Source: a virus (lineage: Duplodnaviria; Caudoviricetes). From it: 64,000 nucleotides of DNA. A program made the position numbers and the translations under genes. Shown piece after piece: positions 1 through 8,264 of the stretch; the stretch's first letter is position 1, and each line of letters opens with the position of its first letter. The notes below the pieces were generated by a model. The model ran no database searches and had not been told where the DNA came from. It saw nothing but the letters and a program-made list of their open reading frames with translations. Location: the IMG/VR virus record IMGVR_UViG_2513237329_000015, positions 1-64,000 of that record; one strand, written 5' to 3'.

Positions 1-213
1 ATGGAGAATCATGCTGCCGGTGTTGTGACGAATTGTCTGAGAGCGGCGCTTTATCAAGAGCCGAGAGCAAATTCCAAAGTCCTTACAGTCATTACGGCTC
101 TGACCAGAGTTTCCGTCAATATGGACGAGTCAACAGATGCTTTCTATAAAGTATCGACCTCCAACGGCACCCAGGGGTACTGCATGAAGAAGTTCATCGC
201 AGTCCGCCGGTGA
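1..213 (+). CDS. Small SH3b-like domain phage protein
   Basis: 70 aa; GVVTNC...LYQEP...SKVLTVI...V.V...FYKV...GTQGYCMKKFI resembles a bacterial SH3 pattern. Confidence 0.55.
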   Translation: MENHAAGVVTNCLRAALYQEPRANSKVLTVITALTRVSVNMDESTDAFYKVSTSNGTQGYCMKKFIAVRR

Positions 214-223
214 GGAGGCTGTT

Positions 224-610
224 ATGGAGATTTCCGAAAGCATCCTGATATCAATCAAGAAACTGTTGGGCATCGACGAGAGCTACACGCACTTTGACCC
301 GGACATTATCATCCACATCAACAGCGTGTTTTCCATCCTGACGCAAATGGGCGTTGGACCTGCCAACGGTTTCTCAATCTCAGGAAAAGATGAAGTCTGG
401 TCCGGATTTATTCAGGATAAGCCGAACATCTTTTCCTTAGTCAAATCCTACGTTTACATGAAGGTTCGGTTGTTATTTGACCCGCCTCTCAGCTCCGCTG
501 CCATTGAGTCCATCAACCGGCAGATCAGCGAGTTTGAGTGGCGGCTTTTTGTTGCAGCGGACCCCGTGAAGAACACCAGCGGGAAGGAGGAAAGTCAAGA
601 TGGAGAATAG
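224..610 (+). CDS. Putative head-tail connector (gp6-like) protein
   Basis: GAGGAGG RBS; 128 aa, SILISIKKLLGI...VKSYVYMKVRLLFDPP...EWRL, typical of helical phage adaptors; function inferred. Confidence 0.6.
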   Translation: MEISESILISIKKLLGIDESYTHFDPDIIIHINSVFSILTQMGVGPANGFSISGKDEVWSGFIQDKPNIFSLVKSYVYMKVRLLFDPPLSSAAIESINRQISEFEWRLFVAADPVKNTSGKEESQDGE

Positions 611-1118
611 CATGCTCCTGCACTACGGCATCAAAGGCATGAAGTGGGGCGTCCGCCGCTACCAGAACAAAGACGGCACCCTGACCGCCGCCGGTGAAAA
701 ACGCTATGACCGGGATAAGCGGGAAAACGCGGCTAAGAAGAAGGAGAACCGCATTGATACTTCCAATCCTGATCCGCGGCGCTGGGCTCAGGAGGACTTG
801 GAGCGCTCTAAGCAGGTTGTAGATGCAAGTTCAAATCTTGTACGGGAAGCGAAGAAAATTGAACAGAGTGCTACTTCTAAGCCGACTCCGAAACGGATGG
901 ATCTGAGCAAGATGACCGACAAGGAGATGCGGGATAAGATCAACCGGGAGCTTCTGGAGCGGCAGTATAATCAGCTCTTTGCAGAGGTGTCGGAAAGTAG
1001 CGTTTCTAAAGGCCGTCAATTCTTTAGGACCTCCTTAAACGCGGCGGAGGTTGTCTTGGGCATGACCGCATCCGCGTTAAGCATTGCTTTGGCAATCAAG
1101 AAATTGAACGGCAAGTAA
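600..1118 (+). CDS. Phage protein with N-terminal LxHYGIKGMKWGVRR leader (copy 1)
   Basis: AAGGAGG RBS; leader LLHYGIKGMKWGVRRYQNKDGTLT, then a charged helical body. Confidence 0.85.
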   Translation: MENSMLLHYGIKGMKWGVRRYQNKDGTLTAAGEKRYDRDKRENAAKKKENRIDTSNPDPRRWAQEDLERSKQVVDASSNLVREAKKIEQSATSKPTPKRMDLSKMTDKEMRDKINRELLERQYNQLFAEVSESSVSKGRQFFRTSLNAAEVVLGMTASALSIALAIKKLNGK

Positions 1119-1137
1119 TTGGGAGGCTGGTGAACCG

Positions 1138-2886
1138 ATGTTATCCAACACCGCCGTCCCCCGTTACTACGGCGCATTCCGCGATGCGGTCATCCGCGGC
1201 GATATTCCGGTCTGCAAGGAAGTTGCCATGGAGATGTACCGGATCGACCGGCTGATCGAGTCGCCCAGCTACTACTATGACGACAGGGCGGTAGAGGGCT
1301 GGATCGAGTTCTGCGAGAACGAGCTGACCCTGACCGACGGTTCCGACCTGCATCTTCTGGATACCTTCAAGCTTTGGGGGGAACAGGTGTTTGGCTGGTA
1401 CTATTTCGACGACCGCTCTGTCTATGTGCCCAATCCGGACGGCAGAGGCGGACGCTATGTGACCAAGCGGATCAAGCAGCGGCTGACCAAAAAGCAGTAC
1501 CTGATCGTGGGGAGAGGCGCGGCGAAGTCGCTTTACGATTCCTGCATTCAGGCATACTTCTGTGTTGTGGACGGCTCCACCACTCATCAGATCACCACGG
1601 CCCCCACCATGAAGCAGGCCGAGGAGATCATCAACCCCATCAAGACCGCCATCACCCGGGCCAGAGGCCCCGTCTTCCAGTTCATGACCGAGGGGTCTTT
1701 GCAGAACACCACCGGGTCCCGGGCCAATCGGGTGAAGCTGGCCTCTACCAAGAAGGGCATTGAGAATTTCATTTCAGGCTCCCTGGTCGAAATCCGTCCC
1801 ATGTCGGTGGACAAGCTCCAGGGTCTGCGCTGCAAAGTGGCTACCGTGGACGAGTGGCTGTCCTCCGCCGACGCCCGGGAGGACGTTATCGGCGCGGTGG
1901 AGCAGGGCGCCTCCAAGCTGGACGACTACCTTATTATAGCGACCAGTTCCGAGGGTACGGTTCGTAATGGCGCCGGCGATACCATCAAAATGGAGTTGAT
2001 GAACATTCTCCAGGGCATCGGGCCTCCGCAGGAGCATGTTTCCATCTGGTGGTACAAGCTGGACTCTGTTGAGGAGGTGGCCTACCCTGATATGTGGCCT
2101 AAGGCCAACCCGAATCTGGGAAAGACCGTCACCTATGAGACCTACCAGAAGGATGTGGACCGGGCGGAAACCGCCCCCGCCACACGGAATGATATGCTGG
2201 CCAAGCGGTTCGGCCTTCCTATGGAGGGATACACTTACTACTTCACCTACGAGGAGACTTTGCCACACCGCCGGCAGCGGTTTTGGCAGATGCCCTGCTC
2301 CATGGGCGCTGATCTCTCCCAGGGCGACGACTTCTGCTCCTTTACGTTCCTGTTCCCTCTTCGGGATGGTTCCTTTGGCGTTAAGTCGCGCAACTACATC
2401 ACATCGGTGACGCTCCATAAGCTCCCCGCCGCCATGCGGGTCAAGTACGAGGACTTTATGGCAGAGGGCAGCCTGATCGTCATGGAGGGGACAGTTCTCG
2501 ATATGATGCAGGTCTATGAGGATTTGGACGACCACGTCATCAACTGCGGCTACGATGTGCGCTGCTTTGGATATGACCCCTACAACGCCAAGGAATTTGT
2601 GGAACGCTGGGTCAATGAGAACGGCTCGTTTGGGGTCGAGGTGGTCCGGCAGGGAGCGAGAACGGAATCCGTCCCCCTGGGCGAGCTGAAGAAGCTGGCC
2701 GGAGAGCGGATGCTGCTCTTTGACGAGGACTTGATCACCTTCTCTATGGGCAACTGCATCACGATGGAGGACACCAACGGCAACCGCAAGCTGCTGAAAA
2801 AGCGGTCTGACCAGAAGATCGACGCGGTGGCGGCCATGATGGACGCCTACGTCGCCTATAAACACAACCCGGAAGCATTTGAGTAA
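1138..2886 (+). CDS. terL: Terminase large subunit
   Basis: 582 aa; Walker A GRGAAKS, Walker B VATVDE, nuclease motifs GADLSQGDD and KIDAVAAMMDA; upstream of portal. Confidence 0.95.
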   Translation: MLSNTAVPRYYGAFRDAVIRGDIPVCKEVAMEMYRIDRLIESPSYYYDDRAVEGWIEFCENELTLTDGSDLHLLDTFKLWGEQVFGWYYFDDRSVYVPNPDGRGGRYVTKRIKQRLTKKQYLIVGRGAAKSLYDSCIQAYFCVVDGSTTHQITTAPTMKQAEEIINPIKTAITRARGPVFQFMTEGSLQNTTGSRANRVKLASTKKGIENFISGSLVEIRPMSVDKLQGLRCKVATVDEWLSSADAREDVIGAVEQGASKLDDYLIIATSSEGTVRNGAGDTIKMELMNILQGIGPPQEHVSIWWYKLDSVEEVAYPDMWPKANPNLGKTVTYETYQKDVDRAETAPATRNDMLAKRFGLPMEGYTYYFTYEETLPHRRQRFWQMPCSMGADLSQGDDFCSFTFLFPLRDGSFGVKSRNYITSVTLHKLPAAMRVKYEDFMAEGSLIVMEGTVLDMMQVYEDLDDHVINCGYDVRCFGYDPYNAKEFVERWVNENGSFGVEVVRQGARTESVPLGELKKLAGERMLLFDEDLITFSMGNCITMEDTNGNRKLLKKRSDQKIDAVAAMMDAYVAYKHNPEAFE

Positions 2887-2904
2887 AAAAAAAGGGGGGT
2901 ACTT

Positions 2905-3459
2905 GTGAAGCCCTATGAGAAACCTTCTCCCCAGGATTGCCTTGCCCATTATGGAGTCAAGGGCATGAAATGGGGCGTCAGGCGTTATCAGAACTATGAC
3001 GGTTCCTATACCCGAAAAGGACTGGAGCGCTATCGCAAAGCCGAATCGGACTATGAACGTGCCAAATCAAAAGCGGCAGAAACGAAAGCCGCCCATAAAT
3101 CCGGGCAGGCTACCCGGCAGCGGGTCAAGGACGCTAATCGGGCCGTCAAAACCGAAAAACGTCGGATGGAAGATGCCTATGGTAAACTGAAGACCGACAA
3201 GTTAGCGGATGAAGGCAAGAAACTTTATCAGCGCGGCAAGACCATTACCGGGAATACCCGAACTGCTTATTTAGCGGAAGCGGCCATAGTAGTTGGTTCC
3301 CGTGCGGTAAGTTCACTCTTATCCAAGGGGATGGAAGACCAGCGGACGGCACAACTTGCGGGCTCAGCTATCGCAGTGGGCGGAACAATCGTGAACGCTT
3401 TGCTCGCTGGAAAGGCCATCAGCGAGAACAGAAAGCTGCGGGCGTTCTATGCTCATTGA
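2905..3459 (+). CDS. Phage protein with LxHYGVKGMKWGVRR leader (copy 2)
   Basis: GTG start; CLAHYGVKGMKWGVRRYQNYDGSYT, basic coiled-coil body, hydrophobic C-terminal segments. Confidence 0.85.
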   Translation: MKPYEKPSPQDCLAHYGVKGMKWGVRRYQNYDGSYTRKGLERYRKAESDYERAKSKAAETKAAHKSGQATRQRVKDANRAVKTEKRRMEDAYGKLKTDKLADEGKKLYQRGKTITGNTRTAYLAEAAIVVGSRAVSSLLSKGMEDQRTAQLAGSAIAVGGTIVNALLAGKAISENRKLRAFYAH

Positions 3460-3509
3460 CGCAGTTTTTAACCGGGCCCTGCGGATTTTATGACTACATT
3501 TGGTAATTT

Positions 3510-3532
3510 CCGATGGTCGACCATCGGTTTTT
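3510..3532 (+). terminator. Perfect 18-bp palindrome followed by T5; possible terminator or operator
   Basis: CCGATGGTCGACCATCGG (3510-3527) then TTTTT. Confidence 0.45.
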
Positions 3533-3583
3533 ACAGGAAAGAAGAAAAGAGAGCGGCATGGCGCCGACCTCCTCCTATCGGAA

Positions 3584-3736
3584 TCAATGATACCAGTGAA
3601 TAACCGGCGTGACTTCCGGCCGATCCCCATCGGCATACCGTTCATCCAATGTTTTTGCTATGACATAAGCAGATTTAACGGCGAGATCGAATAGGGTGTT
3701 GTGATCGAGGATTATTGTCTTTTCATTGGGTTTCAT
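3584..3736 (-). CDS. Small antisense ORF (50 aa, MKPNEKTIILDHNTLFDLAVKSAYVIAKTLDERYADGDRPEVTPVIHWYH); moron-like
   Basis: Translated by hand (below the ORF-track cutoff); upstream AAGGACGGAG RBS-like sequence and a sigma70-type promoter. Confidence 0.5.
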   Translation of the reverse strand: MKPNEKTIILDHNTLFDLAVKSAYVIAKTLDERYADGDRPEVTPVIHWYH

Positions 3737-3816
3737 ATTCTCCGTCCTTCTTTCCACTGCGCCGCCAGTAACGTTTGAGTGCGAGTCAGACGCTACTGGC
3801 GGCCACTTTTTACCGC

Positions 3817-3845
3817 ATTATACTACACAGCATTCACCCTGTTAA
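3817..3845 (-). promoter_or_regulatory. Sigma70/SigA-type promoter on the minus strand
   Basis: Minus strand reads TTAACA-17 nt-TATAAT and points at ORF 3584-3736. Confidence 0.6.
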
Positions 3846-3862
3846 AGCGGCGAAACGCCTCA

Positions 3863-3896
3863 CCACAGACTCTTAACCGAGTCTGTGGTTTTTTTG
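3863..3896 (+). terminator. Rho-independent terminator
   Basis: CCACAGACTC-ttaacc-GAGTCTGTGG followed by a T-run. Confidence 0.75.
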
Positions 3897-3960
3897 ACCT
3901 AAATTCGATACACACGGGGCAGTTGTTACAAATTTTATCACAGACAGGAGGTGACCGCGA

Positions 3961-4455
3961 TTGTCAGATATTTTGCAGCACTATGGCATCCGTGGGATGA
4001 AGTGGGGCGTGCGGAGATTTCAGCAGAAGGACGGAAGCTTGACGCCCCAGGGCCGGAAACGGTACGGCGGTGAGGATAGAACCGAGCGGAAGAAGCTGCC
4101 CGCAGCCGGAAAAGCGGCCGTGGGAGCGGCGGCAGCCGCAGGAATCGTTCTCACCGCTTATCTGGTAAAACGGCACGGGGCGAAAAAGGCGGCGGAGCTT
4201 GCCGCAAAGGCGGAGCAGGGGAAACGGGCTGTGGGGCAGCTTCAAAAGAGCGCCTCCGTCTTCTCAACGTCGGTCAGCCAGCTTCGGACTCCCGGGCCGT
4301 CTCCGGGCGGCGGTGTCCAGCAGGCTGTAAAAACCGTTGCCTCGGCCACAAAGCAGGCATCCGCGGCAAAGCCTCCTCCGGCTTATGACTTCGCGGCCTT
4401 GATGAAGCAGAACGACGAGCTGCTCAAGAAGATGTACGCCGATCTGCTGTCGTAG
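3961..4455 (+). CDS. Phage protein with LxHYGIRGMKWGVRR leader (copy 3)
   Basis: AGGAGGTG RBS, TTG start; ILQHYGIRGMKWGVRRFQQKDGSLT, then an Ala-rich hydrophobic segment. Confidence 0.85.
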   Translation: MSDILQHYGIRGMKWGVRRFQQKDGSLTPQGRKRYGGEDRTERKKLPAAGKAAVGAAAAAGIVLTAYLVKRHGAKKAAELAAKAEQGKRAVGQLQKSASVFSTSVSQLRTPGPSPGGGVQQAVKTVASATKQASAAKPPPAYDFAALMKQNDELLKKMYADLLS

Positions 4456-4467
4456 GAGGTGAGAAAA

Positions 4468-5715
4468 GTGGAAATGTCAGTTGGTTCCAGGCTGAAACAC
4501 GCCTGGAACGCTTTTTTAGGCAATGAGTTTTTCAAGTACAGCCATTCCCTTGGCCCCAGCTACTCCTACCGCCCGGATCGGCCCATTTTCAGCCGGGGAA
4601 ACGAGCGCTCCATCATTACCTCCGTCTACAACCGGATCGCGCTGGATGCGGCGTCGATTGGGATTCAGCATGTCCGCCTGGATGACGACGGCCGGTTTAC
4701 AGAGGTGATCAATTCAAGTTTGAACGGCTGTCTGACCCTGGAGGCGAATCTGGACCAGACCGGGCGAGCCTTTATCCAGGACGTGGTCATGTCCATGCTG
4801 GACGAGGGATGCGTGGCCATCGTGCCCACGGATACCGACCTCGACCCGGAGACCGGCTCGTTCAAGATCGAAACGATGCGTACCGGGAAAATCGTGGAGT
4901 GGTATCCCAAGCACGTCAAGGTCCGGGTCTACAACGAGAACCGGGGTGAGAAGCAGGATGTCATCCTGCCGAAGAGCGGGGTCGCCATCATTGAGAACCC
5001 GTTTTTCGCGGTGATGAACGAGCCCAACTCCACCATGCAGCGGTTGATCCGAAAGCTCAATATTTTGGACGCAATCGACGAGCAGAGCGGTTCCGGAAAA
5101 CTCAACCTGATCATTCAGCTGCCCTACGTCATCAAGACGGAAGCGAGGCGTCAACAGGCGGAAAAACGCCGTAAAGATATCGAGGAACAGTTGTCCGACT
5201 CCAAGTACGGCGTCGCTTACACCGACGGCACGGAGCATGTGGTCCAGCTGAACCGGCCCATCGACAACAATCTGATGTCCCAGATTGAATACCTGACGAG
5301 CATGCTTTACAGCCAGTTGGGGATCACGCAGGGGATTTTGGACGGGACTGCCGATGACCGGACGAAGCTGAATTACGACAACCGGACGATTGAACCGATC
5401 CTATCAGCCATTGTTGACGAAATGAAGAGGAAATTCCTCACCAAAACTGCTCGGTCACAGAAGCAGTCAATCCTCTTCTTCAGAGACCCGTTCCGGCTGG
5501 TGCCCATCAACGATATTGCCGAAATTGCCGACAAGATGACCCGCAACGAGATCATGACCTCCAATGAGATCCGGCAGAAGATCGGCATGAAGCCGTCGAA
5601 GGACCCCAAGGCGGACGAGCTCCGAAACAGCAACCTAAGCGCCCCGAAAGAGGAGGGCAATCAGCCACCATCAACATCTGAAGGAGGAAACGTTCAAAAT
5701 GAACCTGAAGTATGA
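4468..5715 (+). CDS. Phage portal protein
   Basis: ~415 aa between terminase and protease; SVYNRIALD, IMTSNEIRQKIGMKP...ADEL C-terminus typical of HK97-type portals; start codon 4459/4468/4474 uncertain. Confidence 0.9.
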   Translation: MEMSVGSRLKHAWNAFLGNEFFKYSHSLGPSYSYRPDRPIFSRGNERSIITSVYNRIALDAASIGIQHVRLDDDGRFTEVINSSLNGCLTLEANLDQTGRAFIQDVVMSMLDEGCVAIVPTDTDLDPETGSFKIETMRTGKIVEWYPKHVKVRVYNENRGEKQDVILPKSGVAIIENPFFAVMNEPNSTMQRLIRKLNILDAIDEQSGSGKLNLIIQLPYVIKTEARRQQAEKRRKDIEEQLSDSKYGVAYTDGTEHVVQLNRPIDNNLMSQIEYLTSMLYSQLGITQGILDGTADDRTKLNYDNRTIEPILSAIVDEMKRKFLTKTARSQKQSILFFRDPFRLVPINDIAEIADKMTRNEIMTSNEIRQKIGMKPSKDPKADELRNSNLSAPKEEGNQPPSTSEGGNVQNEPEV

Positions 5716-7603
5716 CTTTAGTGGCTGGGCGACCCGGAACGACCTTGTCTGCGCGGACGGACGAACCATCCGCCATAACGCATTCGAGGATTGCGACGGG
5801 AAGACGGTTCCCCTGGTTTGGAACCACCAGCACGACGAACCTGGCAACATCCTGGGCCACGCCCTTTTGGAGAACCGGAAGGACGGCGTTTATGCCTACT
5901 GCACGTTCAACGAGACCGACGCCGGCAAGGCGGCCAAGATGCTGGTCCAGCATGGGGACATCGCGTCCCTGTCCATCTACGCCAATGGGCTGAAGCAGAC
6001 TCCCAGCAAGGATGTGACGCACGGCGTCATCCGGGAGGTCAGCCTGGTGGTCGCCGGGGCAAATCCCGGCGCCTTTATTGACTTTGTGGATATGGCCCAC
6101 GGCGAAGGCGGCGAGCAGGAGATGATCCTGTCCGCTTACGAGCCCATTTCTCTATTCCGCCCCGACGAGAAACCCCCTCTTGTTCACAAGGCCGGCTCTG
6201 AGGATGGCAAGAAGGAGGACAAGCCCAAGGGTGACGGAAAAGAGGAGAAGCCTGAGGATGAGAAGACCGTCCAGGACGTGGTAGACAGCATGACCGAGGA
6301 GCAGAGAACGGTCATGTATGCCCTGATCGGCGCGGCCATGGAGGAATTGGATTCCCAGAAGGGCAAGGGGGACGGGGGCGACGACGATGACGACGACCCC
6401 GACAAGAAATCTGACAAAACCAAGGGAGGAAACAAGACCATGAAGCACAATGTTTTCGAGAACGAAGACACTCAGGACACCGTTCTGAGCCACTCCGACC
6501 GCGCTGACATTCTTGCTCTGGCCAAGAGCAACAGCGTGGGCAGCCTTCAGACCGCTCTGAAGATCTACGCTGAACAGAACGAGCTCAAGCACGGCATCGA
6601 CAATATCGAGAGCCTGTTCCCGGACTTCAAGGACCTGCGCCCCGGCGCGCCTGAGCGCGTTACCCGCGACCAGGGCTGGGTGACTGCCGTCATGCAGAAG
6701 GTCCACAAGAGCCCTATCAGCCGTATTCGTACCCGCCAGATGGACACCCGCAAGGACTCCATCCGGGCCCACGGCTATCAGAAGGGCAAGCGCAAGACTC
6801 TGTCCGGCAACATGAACGTCATCACCCGGACCACTGACCCTCAGACGGTGTACCGTACCGACGCCCTGCACCGGGACGACATTGTCGACATCACTGATTT
6901 CGATGTGGTGGAGTACCAGTATGCCGTGATGCGGGAGAACCTCAACGAAGAGGTGGCTACCGCCATCATGGTGGGCGACGGCCGCGAAGCGGACGACGAG
7001 ATGAAGATCTCCGAGGACCACATCCGTTCCATCTGGAACGACAACGACCTCTACACCATCCACTACGACGTGGATATTGAGGCCGCCCGCGCCGAGCTCA
7101 ACGGCAGCAAGACCGATATGAGTTTCGGCGAGAATTACATCTACTCCGAGGCCATCATCACCGCCGCTCTCTATGCCCGGGAGAAGTACAAGGGCACCGG
7201 CACCCCCGATTTCTTCTGCACGCCCCATCTGGTGAACGTGATGCTGCTGGCCCGGGACATGAATGGCCGCCGCATCTACAACTCCAAGGCCGACCTGGCC
7301 GCCGCCCTGAACATCGGCGAGCTCTATACCGCCGAGCAGTTTGAGGGCCTGGTCCGTATGGATGACGAGGGCGCCAAGCACAAGCTGCTGGGCCTCTTTG
7401 TCAACCTGGCCGACTATACCGTGGGCTCCACCAAGGGCGGCGAGATCACCCGGTTTGACCAGTTCGACATCGACTTCAACCAGCAGAAGTACCTGATCGA
7501 GACCCGCCTGTCCGGCGCGCTGACCCGCGTCTACTCCGCCATCGCGCTGGAGGAGCCTGTGGCTACCAGCTCCGGCGGTGGTTCCAGCGCCGGCACTCCC
7601 TGA
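5699..7603 (+). CDS. Fused prohead protease - major capsid protein
   Basis: N-terminal HK97-type protease (FSGWA, PLVWNHQH, SLSI, EVSLV..GANPGA), acidic linker, capsid C-terminus (FDIDFNQQKYLIETRLSGAL). Confidence 0.9.
   Translation: MNLKYDFSGWATRNDLVCADGRTIRHNAFEDCDGKTVPLVWNHQHDEPGNILGHALLENRKDGVYAYCTFNETDAGKAAKMLVQHGDIASLSIYANGLKQTPSKDVTHGVIREVSLVVAGANPGAFIDFVDMAHGEGGEQEMILSAYEPISLFRPDEKPPLVHKAGSEDGKKEDKPKGDGKEEKPEDEKTVQDVVDSMTEEQRTVMYALIGAAMEELDSQKGKGDGGDDDDDDPDKKSDKTKGGNKTMKHNVFENEDTQDTVLSHSDRADILALAKSNSVGSLQTALKIYAEQNELKHGIDNIESLFPDFKDLRPGAPERVTRDQGWVTAVMQKVHKSPISRIRTRQMDTRKDSIRAHGYQKGKRKTLSGNMNVITRTTDPQTVYRTDALHRDDIVDITDFDVVEYQYAVMRENLNEEVATAIMVGDGREADDEMKISEDHIRSIWNDNDLYTIHYDVDIEAARAELNGSKTDMSFGENYIYSEAIITAALYAREKYKGTGTPDFFCTPHLVNVMLLARDMNGRRIYNSKADLAAALNIGELYTAEQFEGLVRMDDEGAKHKLLGLFVNLADYTVGSTKGGEITRFDQFDIDFNQQKYLIETRLSGALTRVYSAIALEEPVATSSGGGSSAGTP
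6424..6442 (+). promoter_or_regulatory. Internal RBS and in-frame ATG for a stand-alone capsid protein (6440-7603, 387 aa)
   Basis: GGGAGGAAACAAGACC-ATG, in frame with 5699, at the end of the acidic linker. Confidence 0.6.
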
Positions 7604-7617
7604 GGAGAAGCTTCAAA

Positions 7618-7932
7618 ATGGCGAAATTTTATGGATCGGTAGGCTATGCTGATACCGTTGAGACTGCCCCTGGCGTGTATGAAGAGAAGATCGTTGAGTA
7701 TCCGTACTATGGCGATTTGACTCGGAATACACGCCAGCTTCAGTCTGGGGAGACCCTGAACGACGACATCAATATCGCGAATGAGATCAGCATAGTCGCC
7801 GATCCGTTCGCCAGGAAGAACTTCCACAAGATGCGGTATGTGGCGTACATGGGCGCGAAATGGAAGATTTCCAAGGTCGAAGTGGGATATCCCCGCCTGA
7901 TCCTGACGATTGGGGGGCTCTACAATGGGTGA
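7618..7932 (+). CDS. Putative head-closure/head-tail joining protein
   Basis: 104 aa directly after the capsid gene; beta-rich, ...YMGAKWKISKVEV.YPRLIL. Confidence 0.6.
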   Translation: MAKFYGSVGYADTVETAPGVYEEKIVEYPYYGDLTRNTRQLQSGETLNDDINIANEISIVADPFARKNFHKMRYVAYMGAKWKISKVEVGYPRLILTIGGLYNG

Positions 7933-8248
7933 CAGGATTCAACTTCATACCCTTCTGTGCGGGATTCTTGGCTGTCCGGAACGCGGCGATGCGTGCCGGG
8001 CTTATTTTCAGCCTCCGGCCAGCAAGGAAATCCACTACCCCTGCATCGTCTACGAGCGAAGCGAAATCAGCGCCATCCACGCTGACAACGCCCCCTACCG
8101 GCTGCTGGACCGGTATCAGGTGACGGCCATCTACAAGAACCCGGACAGCGATCTGCCCCACCGCCTTGCCATGCTGCCCATGTGTGCCCATGACCGTCAT
8201 TTCACGGCCGAAAATCTGAACCACGACATCTTCAACCTGTACTATTAA
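7925..8248 (+). CDS. Putative tail terminator/completion protein
   Basis: YFQPP...YPCIVY motif; immediately upstream of the major tail gene. Confidence 0.6.
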   Translation: MGDRIQLHTLLCGILGCPERGDACRAYFQPPASKEIHYPCIVYERSEISAIHADNAPYRLLDRYQVTAIYKNPDSDLPHRLAMLPMCAHDRHFTAENLNHDIFNLYY

Positions 8249-8264
8249 AAGGAGGAAATCCGAA

